Assembly: GCA_040285825.1 (NCBI GenBank)
Contig: JAUPSS010000007.1
Span: forward strand, 2,454,689 to 2,518,688
Reading direction: 5' to 3'
Length of the DNA: 64,000 bases
Origin: Eukaryota sp. TZLM1-RC
Taxonomy: Eukaryota > Protista > Metamonada: BaSk clade
A model generated the notes under the pieces. It saw nothing but the letters and a program-made list of their open reading frames with translations. It was not told where the DNA came from and did not search any database. Shown one piece after another: positions 10,679 through 21,886 of the stretch; position 1 is the stretch's first letter; every line of letters begins with the position of its first letter. The translations under genes were made by a program, and so were the position numbers.

Positions 10679-13600
10679 ATGACGCACACCCGTAAACCCA
10701 ACATTAAAGCTTTTGATGGCAATACGGCCACCGCCAATGTTGCCTATTGTATGACTGATTCAGCTTTCCTCTACCCGATCACTGTTTGTTTTTGTTTGAT
10801 GCGTTTCACCGCAGCCCGCATCCCCTATGAGTGGTTTCTTTGATGCCTGGTCTGGACAAGGTCGTACCAATATCTTTGGAAATACTGTTTCCACCTATCA
10901 GTTGCAATCTGAAGGTGGTTGTGCTGGTGCTCTCCATGGTGCAGCTGCTGCTGGATCTCTTGTTACCACCAACACATGCTCACAAGGCTATCTCCTCATG
11001 ATTCCCGAAATGTATCTCCTCGTCGGTCAGCTCATGCCCGCAGTCTTCCACGTAGCTTCACGAGCCGTTGCCGGTCAAGCTATGAATATTTTCTGTGACC
11101 ACTCGTATGTTGTGAAATTTATTTTAATTGTAGTGATGTTATGGCTAGTAGACAAACAGGAATTTGCATGCTTAGTTCCAACACAGTTCAGGAATGTAAC
11201 GATCTTGCTTTGGTATCTCATCTTGCTTCTATTGAAGCCAGTTTGCCTTTTTGTCACTTCTTTGACGGTATGAGAACCAGTCACTTTATCAACAAAATTG
11301 ATACTTTCACTACTGAAGAAGTTAACTCCCTATACAACTTTGAGGCACTCCGAAAGTTTAGAACCAAACGTGCCATGTCCGCTGATCAACCAACTGTTCG
11401 TGGAGGTGTAGAAAATGCTGACATCTTCTGGCAATTTGTTCAAGCTGCTGAACCCTACTTTAAGGCCGTACCTGAACTTGTTGAAGCCGCTATGGACAAG
11501 ATTTATAGTCTCTGTGGACGTCGCTATCATCTCTTTGACTATGTTGGCGCCCCTGATGCTACTGATGTTGTAGTGCTCATGGGATCTGGCGCTGCTACAG
11601 TAGAGGAAGTTGTCAACAAGTATGCTGCTGAAGGCGAAAAGATTGGTGTAGTAAAAGTTCGTCTTTTCCGTCCCTTCTCCATTGAACATTTGCTCAAGGT
11701 TCTCCCCGAATCTGTGAAGAGAGTTGCCGTACTTGACAAGGTCAAGGAAGGTGGATCTTCCGGTGAACCCCTCTATCTTGATGTTGCCTCAGCTCTTGGA
11801 GCCAACCGTCCTGGTGTTAAGTGTTACGGAGGAATCTATGGTCTTGGTGGTAAGGAATTCAACCCCACTCATGCTCTCTCTGTATTTAGATTCCTTTCTT
11901 CTAATGATGTTTTCCATGGTTTTACTGTCAACATTGATGATGATGTTCTCCACTCTAACATTCCTGTTGTAGCTCCCATTGTCACTCTCCCTCCTTCTAC
12001 CCGTCAAAGTGTCATCTTTGGTTTGGGTTCTGATGGTACTGTTGGAGCTAATAAGGAAGCTGTGTCTATGATTGCTGATGAGACTGATCTCTATGCTCAA
12101 GCCTATTTCCAATATGATGCGGCCAAATCTGGTGGTTTCACTGTTAGTAATCTCCGTTTTGGTCCTGAAAACGTCAGTGCCCCTTATAATTGTGAAAATG
12201 TAGACTATGTTGCCTGTCACAACCCTTCTTATCTCACCAAGTTTGATATGGTTAAGAAACTCAAGGAAGGTGGAGTCTTTGTTCTGAATTCTCCTCTCAC
12301 AAATGAACAAATGGACAAGCACTTGCCTGCATCAGTTAAGAAGAGTTTGGCGGTGAAGAAGGCTCAGTTTTATAACATTGATGCTGCCGGTATTGCCGCT
12401 TCTGTTGGCTTAAAGGGACGAATTAATATGATTATGCAAACTGTTTTCTTCCAATTGTCCAAGGTTTTACCCATTGAACGCGCTATTGAACTCCTGAAGA
12501 ACTCCGTTAAGAAGACTTATGGTAAGAAGGGAGACGATGTTGTCAACATGAACATCAAGGCAATTGATAGTACAATCGAAGCTTTGATCCCTGTAGAATA
12601 TCCCAGTTCTTGGGGAGATATTGAAGTTGCCAAGGTTGAAAACACTGAAGCTGGTTACATCAATGATATTGTCTTGCCAGTTGCCCGTCAAGAAGGTGAT
12701 TCTATCCCTGTTTCCAAGTTTAAGGATGTTGTGGGTGGTGTTGTTCCTACTAATACTACCCGTGTCGAAAAACGTGACACTGCTATTGCCATTCCTACAT
12801 GGGATGCTTCCAAATGTATTCAATGTAACGAATGTTCTACTGTGTGTGCTCATGCCGCTATTCGTCCATTTGTCATTAGCAACCCTGAAGAACTTCCTGA
12901 GAACACAGAATCCATCAAACTCAAAGCTGGACCCAAAGGAGAAGATCTCCAATACAGAATCCAAGTGTCTCCCTATGATTGTTTGAGTTGCAACGTTTGT
13001 ATCAATGTCTGTCCAAAGGATGCTCTCACAATGACTGATGCTAATGATGAAATGAAGTCTACTGAAGCTGCACGCTGGGAAGCCGCTCTTCGTCAACCAA
13101 GAAAGGATAAGAGCTTTGGCAACAAGGCTAACCGTGAGGTCCAATTCAAGGAACCAATGATTGAGTTTAGTAAAGCTTGTACTGGCTGTGCTGAAACAAT
13201 GTATGCCAAAATGCTCACCCAGCTATTTGGTGACCGTCTTCACATTGCAAATGCTTGTGGGTGCTCCCTTGTATGGGGTGGTATGTTCCCCACCACTCCA
13301 TGGACTGTCAACTCTCGTGGTCAAGGTCCTGTTTATGCTGGAACTCTGTTTGAAGATTGTGCTGAATTTGGTCTTGGTATGACTGTCGCTCTCAAGGAAC
13401 GCAGAACTCACCTTACTAACACCATTAAATCTGCTATTACTACCGAGGCAGTTCAAGGAGAGCTCTTGGACCTATTCAACAAATGGATTGAAGAAAATGA
13501 ATCTGGATCTGATTGTGTTGCAATTTCCAATGATATTAGTGATGCGCTCCGAGACAAAGTTAATGAGCAAGGTCTTCAATTCATTATTGACAATCAATCT

Positions 13601-14312
13601 CTCTTACGTCGTCCTTCTCCCTGGATTATTGGAGGTGATGGGTGTGTTTACTTATTTATTCACTTATCCTAGATGGGCTTATGATATTGGCTATGGTGGT
13701 TTAATGCATGTTCTGTCCATGGGAATCAATGTCAATGTTTTCATTTACGATACTGAAGTTTACTCTAATACCGGTGGACAAGTTTCCAAATCTACCAACA
13801 GAGCTGCAACTGCCCACTTTGCTTCCACTGGTAAAAAGCAACGTAAGAAGGACTTTGGTACTGAACTTTTGTTGATGAAGAACATTTATGTTGCTTCTGT
13901 TGCTATCGGACATAACCCAACACAAGCCCTGAAAGCTATCAAGGAAGCTGAAGCTTTTGACGGACCTTCTGTTGTTATCGGTTATTCTCCTTGCATTGCT
14001 CATGGAATTAAGGGTGGAATGGGTAATACTTTGGAACACTCTACTCTTGCTGTTGAATCTGGCTACTGGCCTCTTTATCGTTACAACCCTGCTTTGGCTG
14101 AAGCCGGCAAATCACCCCTCACCATCGATGCTAAGAAGATTAAGCGCTCTGTTCGTGATCTTGCTGCTACTGAAGTTCGTTTCACTCAACTTCAACAATC
14201 ACATCCTGAATTGGCCGAGGAATTGATGTGTGATTTGGAAAAGGATATTTTGTTTAGAAATGGTCTACTTGAAAACTTCAAGAATTTTTATGAAACTCTC
14301 GCTAAGAATTAG
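10679..14312 (+). CDS. PFO: Pyruvate:ferredoxin oxidoreductase (exons 10679-10783, 10815-11104, 11134-13641, 13673-14312; ~1180 aa)
   Basis: DGNTA, YPIT|PAS, DHS|DVM, GLGSDGTVGANK, CIQCNEC, CLSCNVCINVCP, ACTGCAE, GGDG|WAYDIG, DTEVYSNTGGQ. The three introns are 31, 29 and 31 nt. Confidence 0.96.
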
Positions 14313-14538
14313 CTGTATTATTTAGAATTGTTTATTGTTCAGTAAATTTTTTTGTATATAAGCCGTTCTTGTCTCTGTGATATTTGTTTTGTACAACTTG
14401 TTATGATCTCCCCCATATTGAAATAAATAATCAGTTATCTTGGTTTAAAGAATTTCATCCTACTACTTCATGAGTATATTATGTCTAGTGTTGAAGCTAT
14501 CCAAATCCTTTTGAAAATTGTGGCATTAATTTTGACTA

Positions 14539-14634
14539 CTGTAATCACCCAAATACAAGCCAGACCCAAATACAATTCCTGAATTTATGCGGCTTGTATT
14601 TAAATTTCATTGACTTGTATTTGGGTGATGACAG
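14539..14634. mobile_element. 96-bp MITE with 21-bp TIRs and TA target-site duplication (Tc1/mariner/pogo-type)
   Basis: ta-CTGTAATCACCCAAATACAAG...CTTGTATTTGGGTGATGACAG-ta (1 mismatch), with inner copies of cccaaatacaa and cttgtattt. Confidence 0.75.
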
Positions 14635-14799
14635 TATTTATCTGAGTGGGAGGATATTGTTTAATTGTGACCGAATTGGGGTTTTTCTAAATTTGTATTT
14701 TTTGAAAGTTTGATTAAAAGTTCCAAACCATCTTGAATCTTGTAAAAAGAGGGGAACCACTCATGTATAGACGCCACTAGTCCTCCTTGCCTAGCTGTT

Positions 14800-15550
14800 G
14801 CGCTTGTGTCCATCCTCCTGATGGCTATCTATCACCTGTTTCTGATTAGGTTAGTCAAACTGTACCCACATTGTCTAAATGAGTCAATCACAACCGATTC
14901 TTTAGTTCATCAGGTGGAATTAAAGACATATCAGCCTCTTCACATGTTCTTCTTCTCACCAATTCTGGTCATGTTTATGCTTGGGGAAACAATGGTTTTG
15001 ACACAGCCATGCCAGTTGAGGGTGAGGATTCTGTTCAATTCGATCGGTGTCAAGTTTTACCAAATGCTCCTCCAGCTATTCCAATTCAGTGTGTTCAGTT
15101 CTGAGTTAATCAGGAGGTTTACATTGTCCGAGACACCTCGAAATCCCATGTTTCGAACACTAATTGAGTTTGTTTTCACTGAACATTTGTCCTATTTGAA
15201 CACGATTTGCGAAGGTCATTCTTATGTCGAAGGTAGGTTTATCACCAAGACTGCAATAAGCAAAAGATTTTCCCTCTTTAAAATTAATTCACGTTTGTAA
15301 TTCAGCTGATGCATCAATTTGTCTCACAGATCTTTGTCTTCGTTGCTTTGAAAGCAATGATCTTGTAGAATCAATTATCTTTGAAAACGATCAATTTCTT
15401 GTAGAACTTCACTCCTTTCCTTGGTGGATTTTGTACAATGAAAGTTATGACATATGCTTCAGGTTTGACACTTGGGACGATTCCCCTTCATCTTGTTCTT
15501 CTAGTAATGAATGTTGACAGGAATTTGGAATCTTTGATTCTTTCAATGTG
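14800..15550 (+). pseudogene. Degenerate RCC1-repeat protein fragment
   Basis: An alternative frame near 14910-14997 reads SGGIKDISASSHVLLLTNSGHVYAWGNNG, an RCC1 blade. There is no continuous ORF and the boundaries are approximate. Confidence 0.45.
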
Positions 15551-15699
15551 AGTTATGTTCCTTATTTTAAACCTTCCTTTTGTGATGAATGAGTTATAAA
15601 TGTTACATATAATTTATCTAATCAACAACAATAACCACACATTATAGCTCAAACAAATGTTCGATTGCTGTCAGAGTCAGCAACATCAACGTATTTATG

Positions 15700-15880
15700 A
15701 TTTTCCTTATTATTACTTATTAATCAAAATTCAACCAAAGTTCTGGATGAGCAAATTTGATAATTTTCTATAAACCAATACTTTAGTATTTCCAACGATG
15801 TCAATTTTTCTTCGATGACTTGGGTTATGAAGATATAGAATTTTAGCTTTGTAATATAGTTTTTAAATGAAATAAATCAT
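15700..15880 (+). mobile_element. 3' end remnant of a CRE-like retrotransposon
   Basis: Ends GYEDIEF*(TAG at 15844-15846) followed by AATAAA, the same terminus as the other copies. Confidence 0.45.
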
Positions 15881-16245
15881 ATATTTAAATACAATTTCTT
15901 ACGATGTATCGCAGGTTTGTATATCTGATTCTGTGGGTTATTGGAGTTTTAGGTTTCGTGTTGGTTTCCTAGGGTGTTAAAATATATTCATATTTAATGT
16001 GTTGAGTTTTGAAAAACTTGTACGAAATACTTCCATATCCGAAATAATTGAGAGATAACGTAATGTCTTCTCTTCAGTGTAAAATTCCACTCTCATAAAC
16101 TGAAATATTGAAGACTGTCTTGACAATACAACGAGGTCTCTTTATTCACTGAGAACATCCAATATACAACCATGCTGAAGTAGAACATTCAATTATGTAT
16201 TTATTTAATTTTCAGGAAATATTCAACAAAAGTATTGAAAAACTG

Positions 16246-16318
16246 CTCCCTGACTGGGACTCGAACCCAGAGTCGTTCGATTAAAAGTCGAACGCGCTAC
16301 CAATTACGCCATCAGGGA
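16246..16318 (-). tRNA. tRNA-Lys(UUU)
   Basis: The minus strand reads TCCCTGA TGGCGTAATTGGTAGCGC G TTCGA CTTTTAA TCGAA CGACT CTGGG TTCGAGT CCCAG TCAGGGA G, a full 73-nt cloverleaf followed by a TTTTT Pol III terminator (16238-16242). Confidence 0.95.
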
Positions 16319-17091
16319 CCCTGATGCAGATAGGGGTCACACCAGAATTGTATGATGGTTGTAAAAAAATCCATCACATCAGAATGTTGGCAGAAACAAC
16401 ACTTCAAACGTTTTCTCCTTATGAATAACTATTTCATCGCTGGTAAATCAACAAGAATGATGATATATCAAATTTCTACAAGTCGTTTCGGTTTTCTGTG
16501 AAACAACACGAGACTTTGTGTCTATGGTGTGTGTAGAGAAAGTGTTATGTTGTTGATCATTTCTTCACACATACAATTTTCAATAAAAAAGTCTGTAAGA
16601 ATCAGAGATATCAAACACAGCTTATCAAACACTGGTGGATTGGTTTCTTCACTGATAATCTTGTTAACCTCTGATAATTGATGAAGAACATACCATATTG
16701 GAACAAGTACAGCAAGTTTGCTGATTTTTCAGTGAATTTTTTGACAACACATATCAATTCAAGCAGAGGATGGTATAAGAGAAATCTATGAATCTTTTAA
16801 AACAATAAGAGCAACATCATTGTGTTGTCCTATTGAAGTCATTTATTGATGAACATTTATCACCAATAATCATCGAGATATTTGCTTTCACCAGTTTTCT
16901 ACACAATCTCACTGGTGAAGTTCCAGGATTTCAACACAATTCCAAACAAACTTTAGATTGATGGGTCAACGTGCTAGTTCATTATCCAGCAAGTCTGTTT
17001 CAACGGCTGATGTTTCTTCAGACATACACCTCATTCCTCAAAATGCATCTTCTTCCCCTTTAAATTCCCAATCCGTGCCATCAGCTACAGG

Positions 17092-17453
17092 ATAAAAAAT
17101 ATGAAGAACCTTTTGCACAGTTAGGTAGAGTGGAACATGTAAAATATCAGTTTGTGCCGTTTGCAATTTCTCTTTTTGGCAATATTGAACCTTCAGGGTT
17201 GCACTTTTTGGAAAATTTTAAAAAAGTGTTACTGAATAGGTCTGGTAAAACAATGAACTCCACTTTCTGGTTAAATAGAATTGTTTTTTGCATTTTCAAG
17301 TCTATTCTTACAATGATTTCAAAGGCACTTTTAGCTATTGGTGTACAATATGAACGTAATGCTGTGAGTAGGTTTAGTAATAGTGACGCTTGTTTGGAGG
17401 ATATTGAATTCTAGATGTGTTTTTTATCTCAATAAATTTTCCAGTTAAAAAAA
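17092..17453 (+). mobile_element. 5'-truncated CRE-like retrotransposon copy (family C) with AATAAA and A-rich tail
   Basis: FVPFAISLFGNIEPSGLHFLENF...WLNRIVF...EDIEF*. Nearly identical to the reverse complement of ~60810-61180. Confidence 0.85.
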
Positions 17454-17929
17454 TACACCATAATTTATATTTATCGATAAAATTTATCGGAATGGAAGGT
17501 TGTGATGATAGTTAGCAAACCAGTTTTAAACTTCGAATTGTTATATTCAGTACAAGTGATCCAGTACCATTGCGTAAGAGGTTGATTAAATTTGTCCATC
17601 CTGAGCTAAATGCCGTATTGATCAGAAACAACTATGACCGACAAACCAAAATTTCATAAAACAGTGAAAACCAGAAACAAATGTGTATCATGGATTGACA
17701 CTCGTGTTGATTTTCAGAAAGTCAATTTTGTAATTAATTATATTGAATTGAAGTAAAAGCAATATGGAAATTTCTCACCAATTCATATGGCAATCAATCC
17801 CGTCATTCAATAGATGACGATTTTAGTAGATACAATATTCAGTTAAGGTTTATTGTGAAGTTAAAAAATGTGTCTGTTCCTCGAATAATCTATTTGAAAA
17901 ATTTCGATTATTGAATTAGCAAATCGTAT

Positions 17930-20540
17930 TTATTGAATTTGCACACTTGATTAAATTAAATCATAACTAATGGGACGATTATCATTAAACCAAGATTTCC
18001 TCTACAAAATCTTGATTTGCTTGCTGTCTAGCTAAAGCTTCTCTAATTCGATTGAAAAACCGCGGTAATCTATTAATAATGGCAAATTGAATCCGTGAAC
18101 GCCATAAAAAAATATCAAATCTTTTCATTGTTTTTTCTTTCACCATTTTTTGGAAGTCATCCAAAACAGTTTCTGATTCAACTGATAATCTTCCATTTAT
18201 CGAAAATGGGAAAGCAATAAAAACCAGCTGTGTATTTCTATCGACATTTACATTTTCAATTTCTTTTTCATATTTTCTATGTTTTTCTTTTGCTTTAAAA
18301 TCCAGAGCAGCCACACGATTAAGATTTCTTCTGTAAACCAAAGTATCGTTTGCAACATTACATGAGACAAAGTCAACAATAGCTTCGGAATTATCAATCC
18401 AATCACAGTATACATCACCTCTATCATCAGAACCAAAATTATTCAGAGAAAGTGTTTCCTTCAGCAGGGGCTCTTTGATACACGTTATCCTTGCAGTTTG
18501 TGCCATATTAAAAACAGTGTCTCTAACAGCATCATGTAATGAAGAACGATAAGTTATCAATTTAGAGCAATTCAGAGCATGGCGCAAAGTGAGTTGAGGT
18601 GAATTCGAACAAATGCATTTTTCTATTGATAATGATTGATTAATGGGGATGTTCAAATATAATCTCATTTTTGTTACAAATGCTTCATTAGAGGCACACA
18701 ATTCAAATCTTCGTGGTACTATGGTTACAAAAAGTGAAGAATCTGACGACTTGTTTTCCCAAACACCCTTTTCCAATAACAATGAGTGAAGATCTTGATT
18801 TAAAACAGCCGAGCTGCAAATATTATTATAAAGATCTTTTTCATACATTCCAGTCAATCTTTTCTGTAATGTTCGAAGAGTATACTTCAAATTTAAAACA
18901 TTTTTTTCTGGAATATTGCCATTGAATGATTGGGGAAAACATCGACCCCATTTTTCTACATCAATTCTTGAAATTTCTTCATTTAATGCAAAAACAGTGG
19001 AACTTTGCGTTGTCATCAATAAATCTTCCCAATCTGCAAATCTTTCCGAAAACTCAAAGATTGCATTTCTGCATCCACCAACAAAAGCACACGAGGTAAG
19101 AATAGAAGCCTTCGTCCACCCTTAACCACCATAATGTGGACTAAGGTAAGCATGATCTGGAATTTGAAACATTTTACATCCCAGTAATTGCGACAGAACT
19201 TTTGCACGTAACTCATTAAACTTTTGAGCCAAAGGTCTAGTGACGAGAGGATCTGTAGATCGAAATATATGATTAAAATTGGAACTAAAACACAGTCTTA
19301 TAATGGTAAATTTGATGTGTATTTTTTAAATCTAAATTCATCATTCGGTCAATTTTGTCAGAAATTGAGTTCAACTTTTCAAACAATTTTTTGGTAATTT
19401 CATCATTATTTCCTAAAAACGAACCCAAATGACGAATAGCATCAATTGAATATAATTTGGCTTGAATTTCAATATCATCAATTATTGTGGAAACTGGAGA
19501 ATTCGATAACAAAACACATTTAAGTAAATTAAGTCGGAGAATAATTTTGGTAAATAATTCTTTAAAACATACAGTTGCTTTTTTCACAATATTTAAATCA
19601 CCAATAAGCACAACATCATCCATATATGCAATCATTTTTAGTGAAGGAAACATCTCTTGAATTTGCAGTAGAATAGGATGAATGGCCAAACAAAACAAAA
19701 GAGGTCCCAACGGATCTCCTTGCTTTACGCCACTTGATGAACTCAAAATTGATGTAAATTAGATTATGTGCATTATGTTGATAGAAAATATGGTATTAAT
19801 TCCGGCATATATTGCAATAGAGCACCATGGATACTGCGACGACTTAGTGAATTGAAAGCATTACTAAAATCCATTGACATGCAAACATTGGATTCATTTT
19901 GACGAAATAAGACATCAGTAGCAAAAATCGCTGAAGAGACTCCATCTGTAGTATTTATACCATATTGAAAGGGTAATAAAATCTTTTTAGCTTTTTCATT
20001 GAACCTGCTTAAGCAACATGCAGAAAAAATATTGTGTAAGCTCTCAGAGACTGCAATAGGACGAACATCCATTTTTGAATTTTTGACAAGTGCAGTCAAA
20101 CGAGAACTTCTTAATTCTTCTGGGTATTTGCGTTGACTAGATAATATTTGGTTGAAAAATTTGGTCAATAAACCAAGGCAATCTTCTGAAGAAATAATCG
20201 CGGCTTTTACATGATCAATAGTAATACCAGAAAGTCCGGCAGATTTACCACGAGGTCTCTTTTTGATAACCGAAAAAACTTCTGATGGCATCAATGGATA
20301 ATTTTCCCAGTATGTGCCGTAAAAATTTTGATCCATTATAGGGTCTTCATAAGGATGAAGTATTTTCAATTTATCTATTGTATTTTCATTGTTCGGTGCT
20401 TTAACTCCAGGACTTAAAGCTGACAAAGCCTTGGACCATTTGTTGTCAAAGCATTTGTCTTCAAAAATTTTACTTAATTTCTCGGATGACTGATTTCTCG
20501 GTGCTATATTAGTTAAATCTTCGGAAATATTAAGGAAATT
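17930..20540 (-). mobile_element. CRE-like non-LTR retrotransposon (RT + CCHC + RLE), frameshifted, family B
   Basis: RT motifs KSAGLSG, VRPIAVSE, MDFSNAFNS, GVKQGDPLGPLLF and YMDD, followed by CIC..HALNC...HDAVRD, RGDVYCD and DFVSC. Confidence 0.9.
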
Positions 20541-20679
20541 TTGTTCAGCAAATCAGTATTGAAAAAAATACAATTTTATTAATGGAACAGTCACATTTTA
20601 CAACTCAACAACAAATTTTAATTAATACTGATTCTACTACGAACCCCATTAACTAAATGACGGAAGATTTTCGCTATTC

Positions 20680-21870
20680 AATTGTTGAGCAACTCGATTG
20701 TTATAAAACTCTGTATTGTTATTCAAAATGGAGTTAAAATAACGCGGAAGAGCTTTAAATAACGAAAATACAATTCTGTTCTTTCAACTCAAAATATCCA
20801 ATAAACGATTACTTTCTATGAGAAGTTTCCCTAAATCATCTAAAAACTGAAGACCTTCACTTCCAATGGTACCATAAATTGATATAGAAATTGGAACAAA
20901 TCTGGTATTTCTACTTCTTGTTCGATTGAGACGTTGAAGAAGAACTTCGTATTTTGATTTCTTAGAATGTTCTGCAACTTTAAGTAAATGTTGAATAACA
21001 GAATTAAAACTCCTTTTCCACGGAGATATGGTGGTACAATCGATCAGTAGTTCAAGTCCATCGTACCAAGCACATTGAATTTCACCTTGTTTTGGGTCAA
21101 ACTGAAATTTAATTCATCAAACAGTGATTCTAAACGCACTGAATTGATGAGCACATTTTGACAAATCGTAAATACAATCAAAAACAGCATTGTGGATAAT
21201 TGATTTGTTTTGAGTGAATTTGCAGCATGAAATAACATGATCAAAAGAAGCATAAGCACCACGTTTGCATCTCATATTTGATAAGCATTGATGAGGAGGG
21301 AGATTAAATGTAATTCACATAACTGTCAAAAATTAAATATCCAAAAGCAGTAATCAAAAACGGCGAGGAACTTGAGAGATCAAGCAAGATAAACTGTTTC
21401 GAAACGAATTTAAATTACACAAAGAAGTCAAAAAAATTTCAAAGAAGAATCACCGGAGTTGTTAGCCAAGCTAATTTGATTGTTCAGTCATTCAGCTTCG
21501 AAATAATTAATAATCTTCTTCTGTAGTATCGGAACAGTTCTTAAAAAATTTGGTAAATCTTGAATTTCAATCGAGGAGAAGTCCACTCTTGAGGAAAATA
21601 AAGATTTCCAGAAATCATAAGAACAATTTTCTAAAAAGTACGTAAACATTTCATCGCAACTGAAGAAGAGTTATAAGCAAAATAAATCCATTGATGAGGA
21701 AACCATAAGGCAAGTTCATATAAAAAGTTCTTGATTCCGCCTAAAAACGCAGCATTTGAAAAAATAGATGAACGTGTTAGGCCAATACCACCGTAGCTAT
21801 GCGATCTAAATGCATGAAGCGGAATATCATCAATATTATTGATGTTTAGTACTGGCCCCAAAAACTCAAT
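20680..21870 (-). mobile_element. Decayed CRE-like retrotransposon (family D)
   Basis: YGGIGLTRSSIFSNAAFLGG, HVISCCKF..KSIIHNAVFD, and an RLE region with FVPISISIYG. Many stops and frameshifts. Confidence 0.7.
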
Positions 21871-21886
21871 ATGGTATTAAATACAA

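Noticed and set aside
11789-13144. Long antisense ORFs (177 and 225 aa) over PFO, and similar ones over hydrogenase and dynein
   Set aside because: These are shadow ORFs caused by codon bias on the opposite strand, with no recognisable motifs.
3583-14312. Bacterial contamination or a prokaryotic operon
   Set aside because: All three genes have spliceosomal introns and are interleaved with eukaryotic retroelements.
10679-14312. PFO as pyruvate:NADP+ oxidoreductase (PNO) fusion
   Set aside because: The ORF stops at 14312 with no CPR domain. That module is on the hydrogenase instead.
14806-15300. 164-aa ORF as a real gene
   Set aside because: It has a non-ATG start, and the only recognisable motif (an RCC1 blade) is in another frame of a decayed region.
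16330-17090. Possible decayed multicopy protein gene between the tRNA and the retroelement
   Set aside because: It has a coding-like composition but no assignable motif or ORF.
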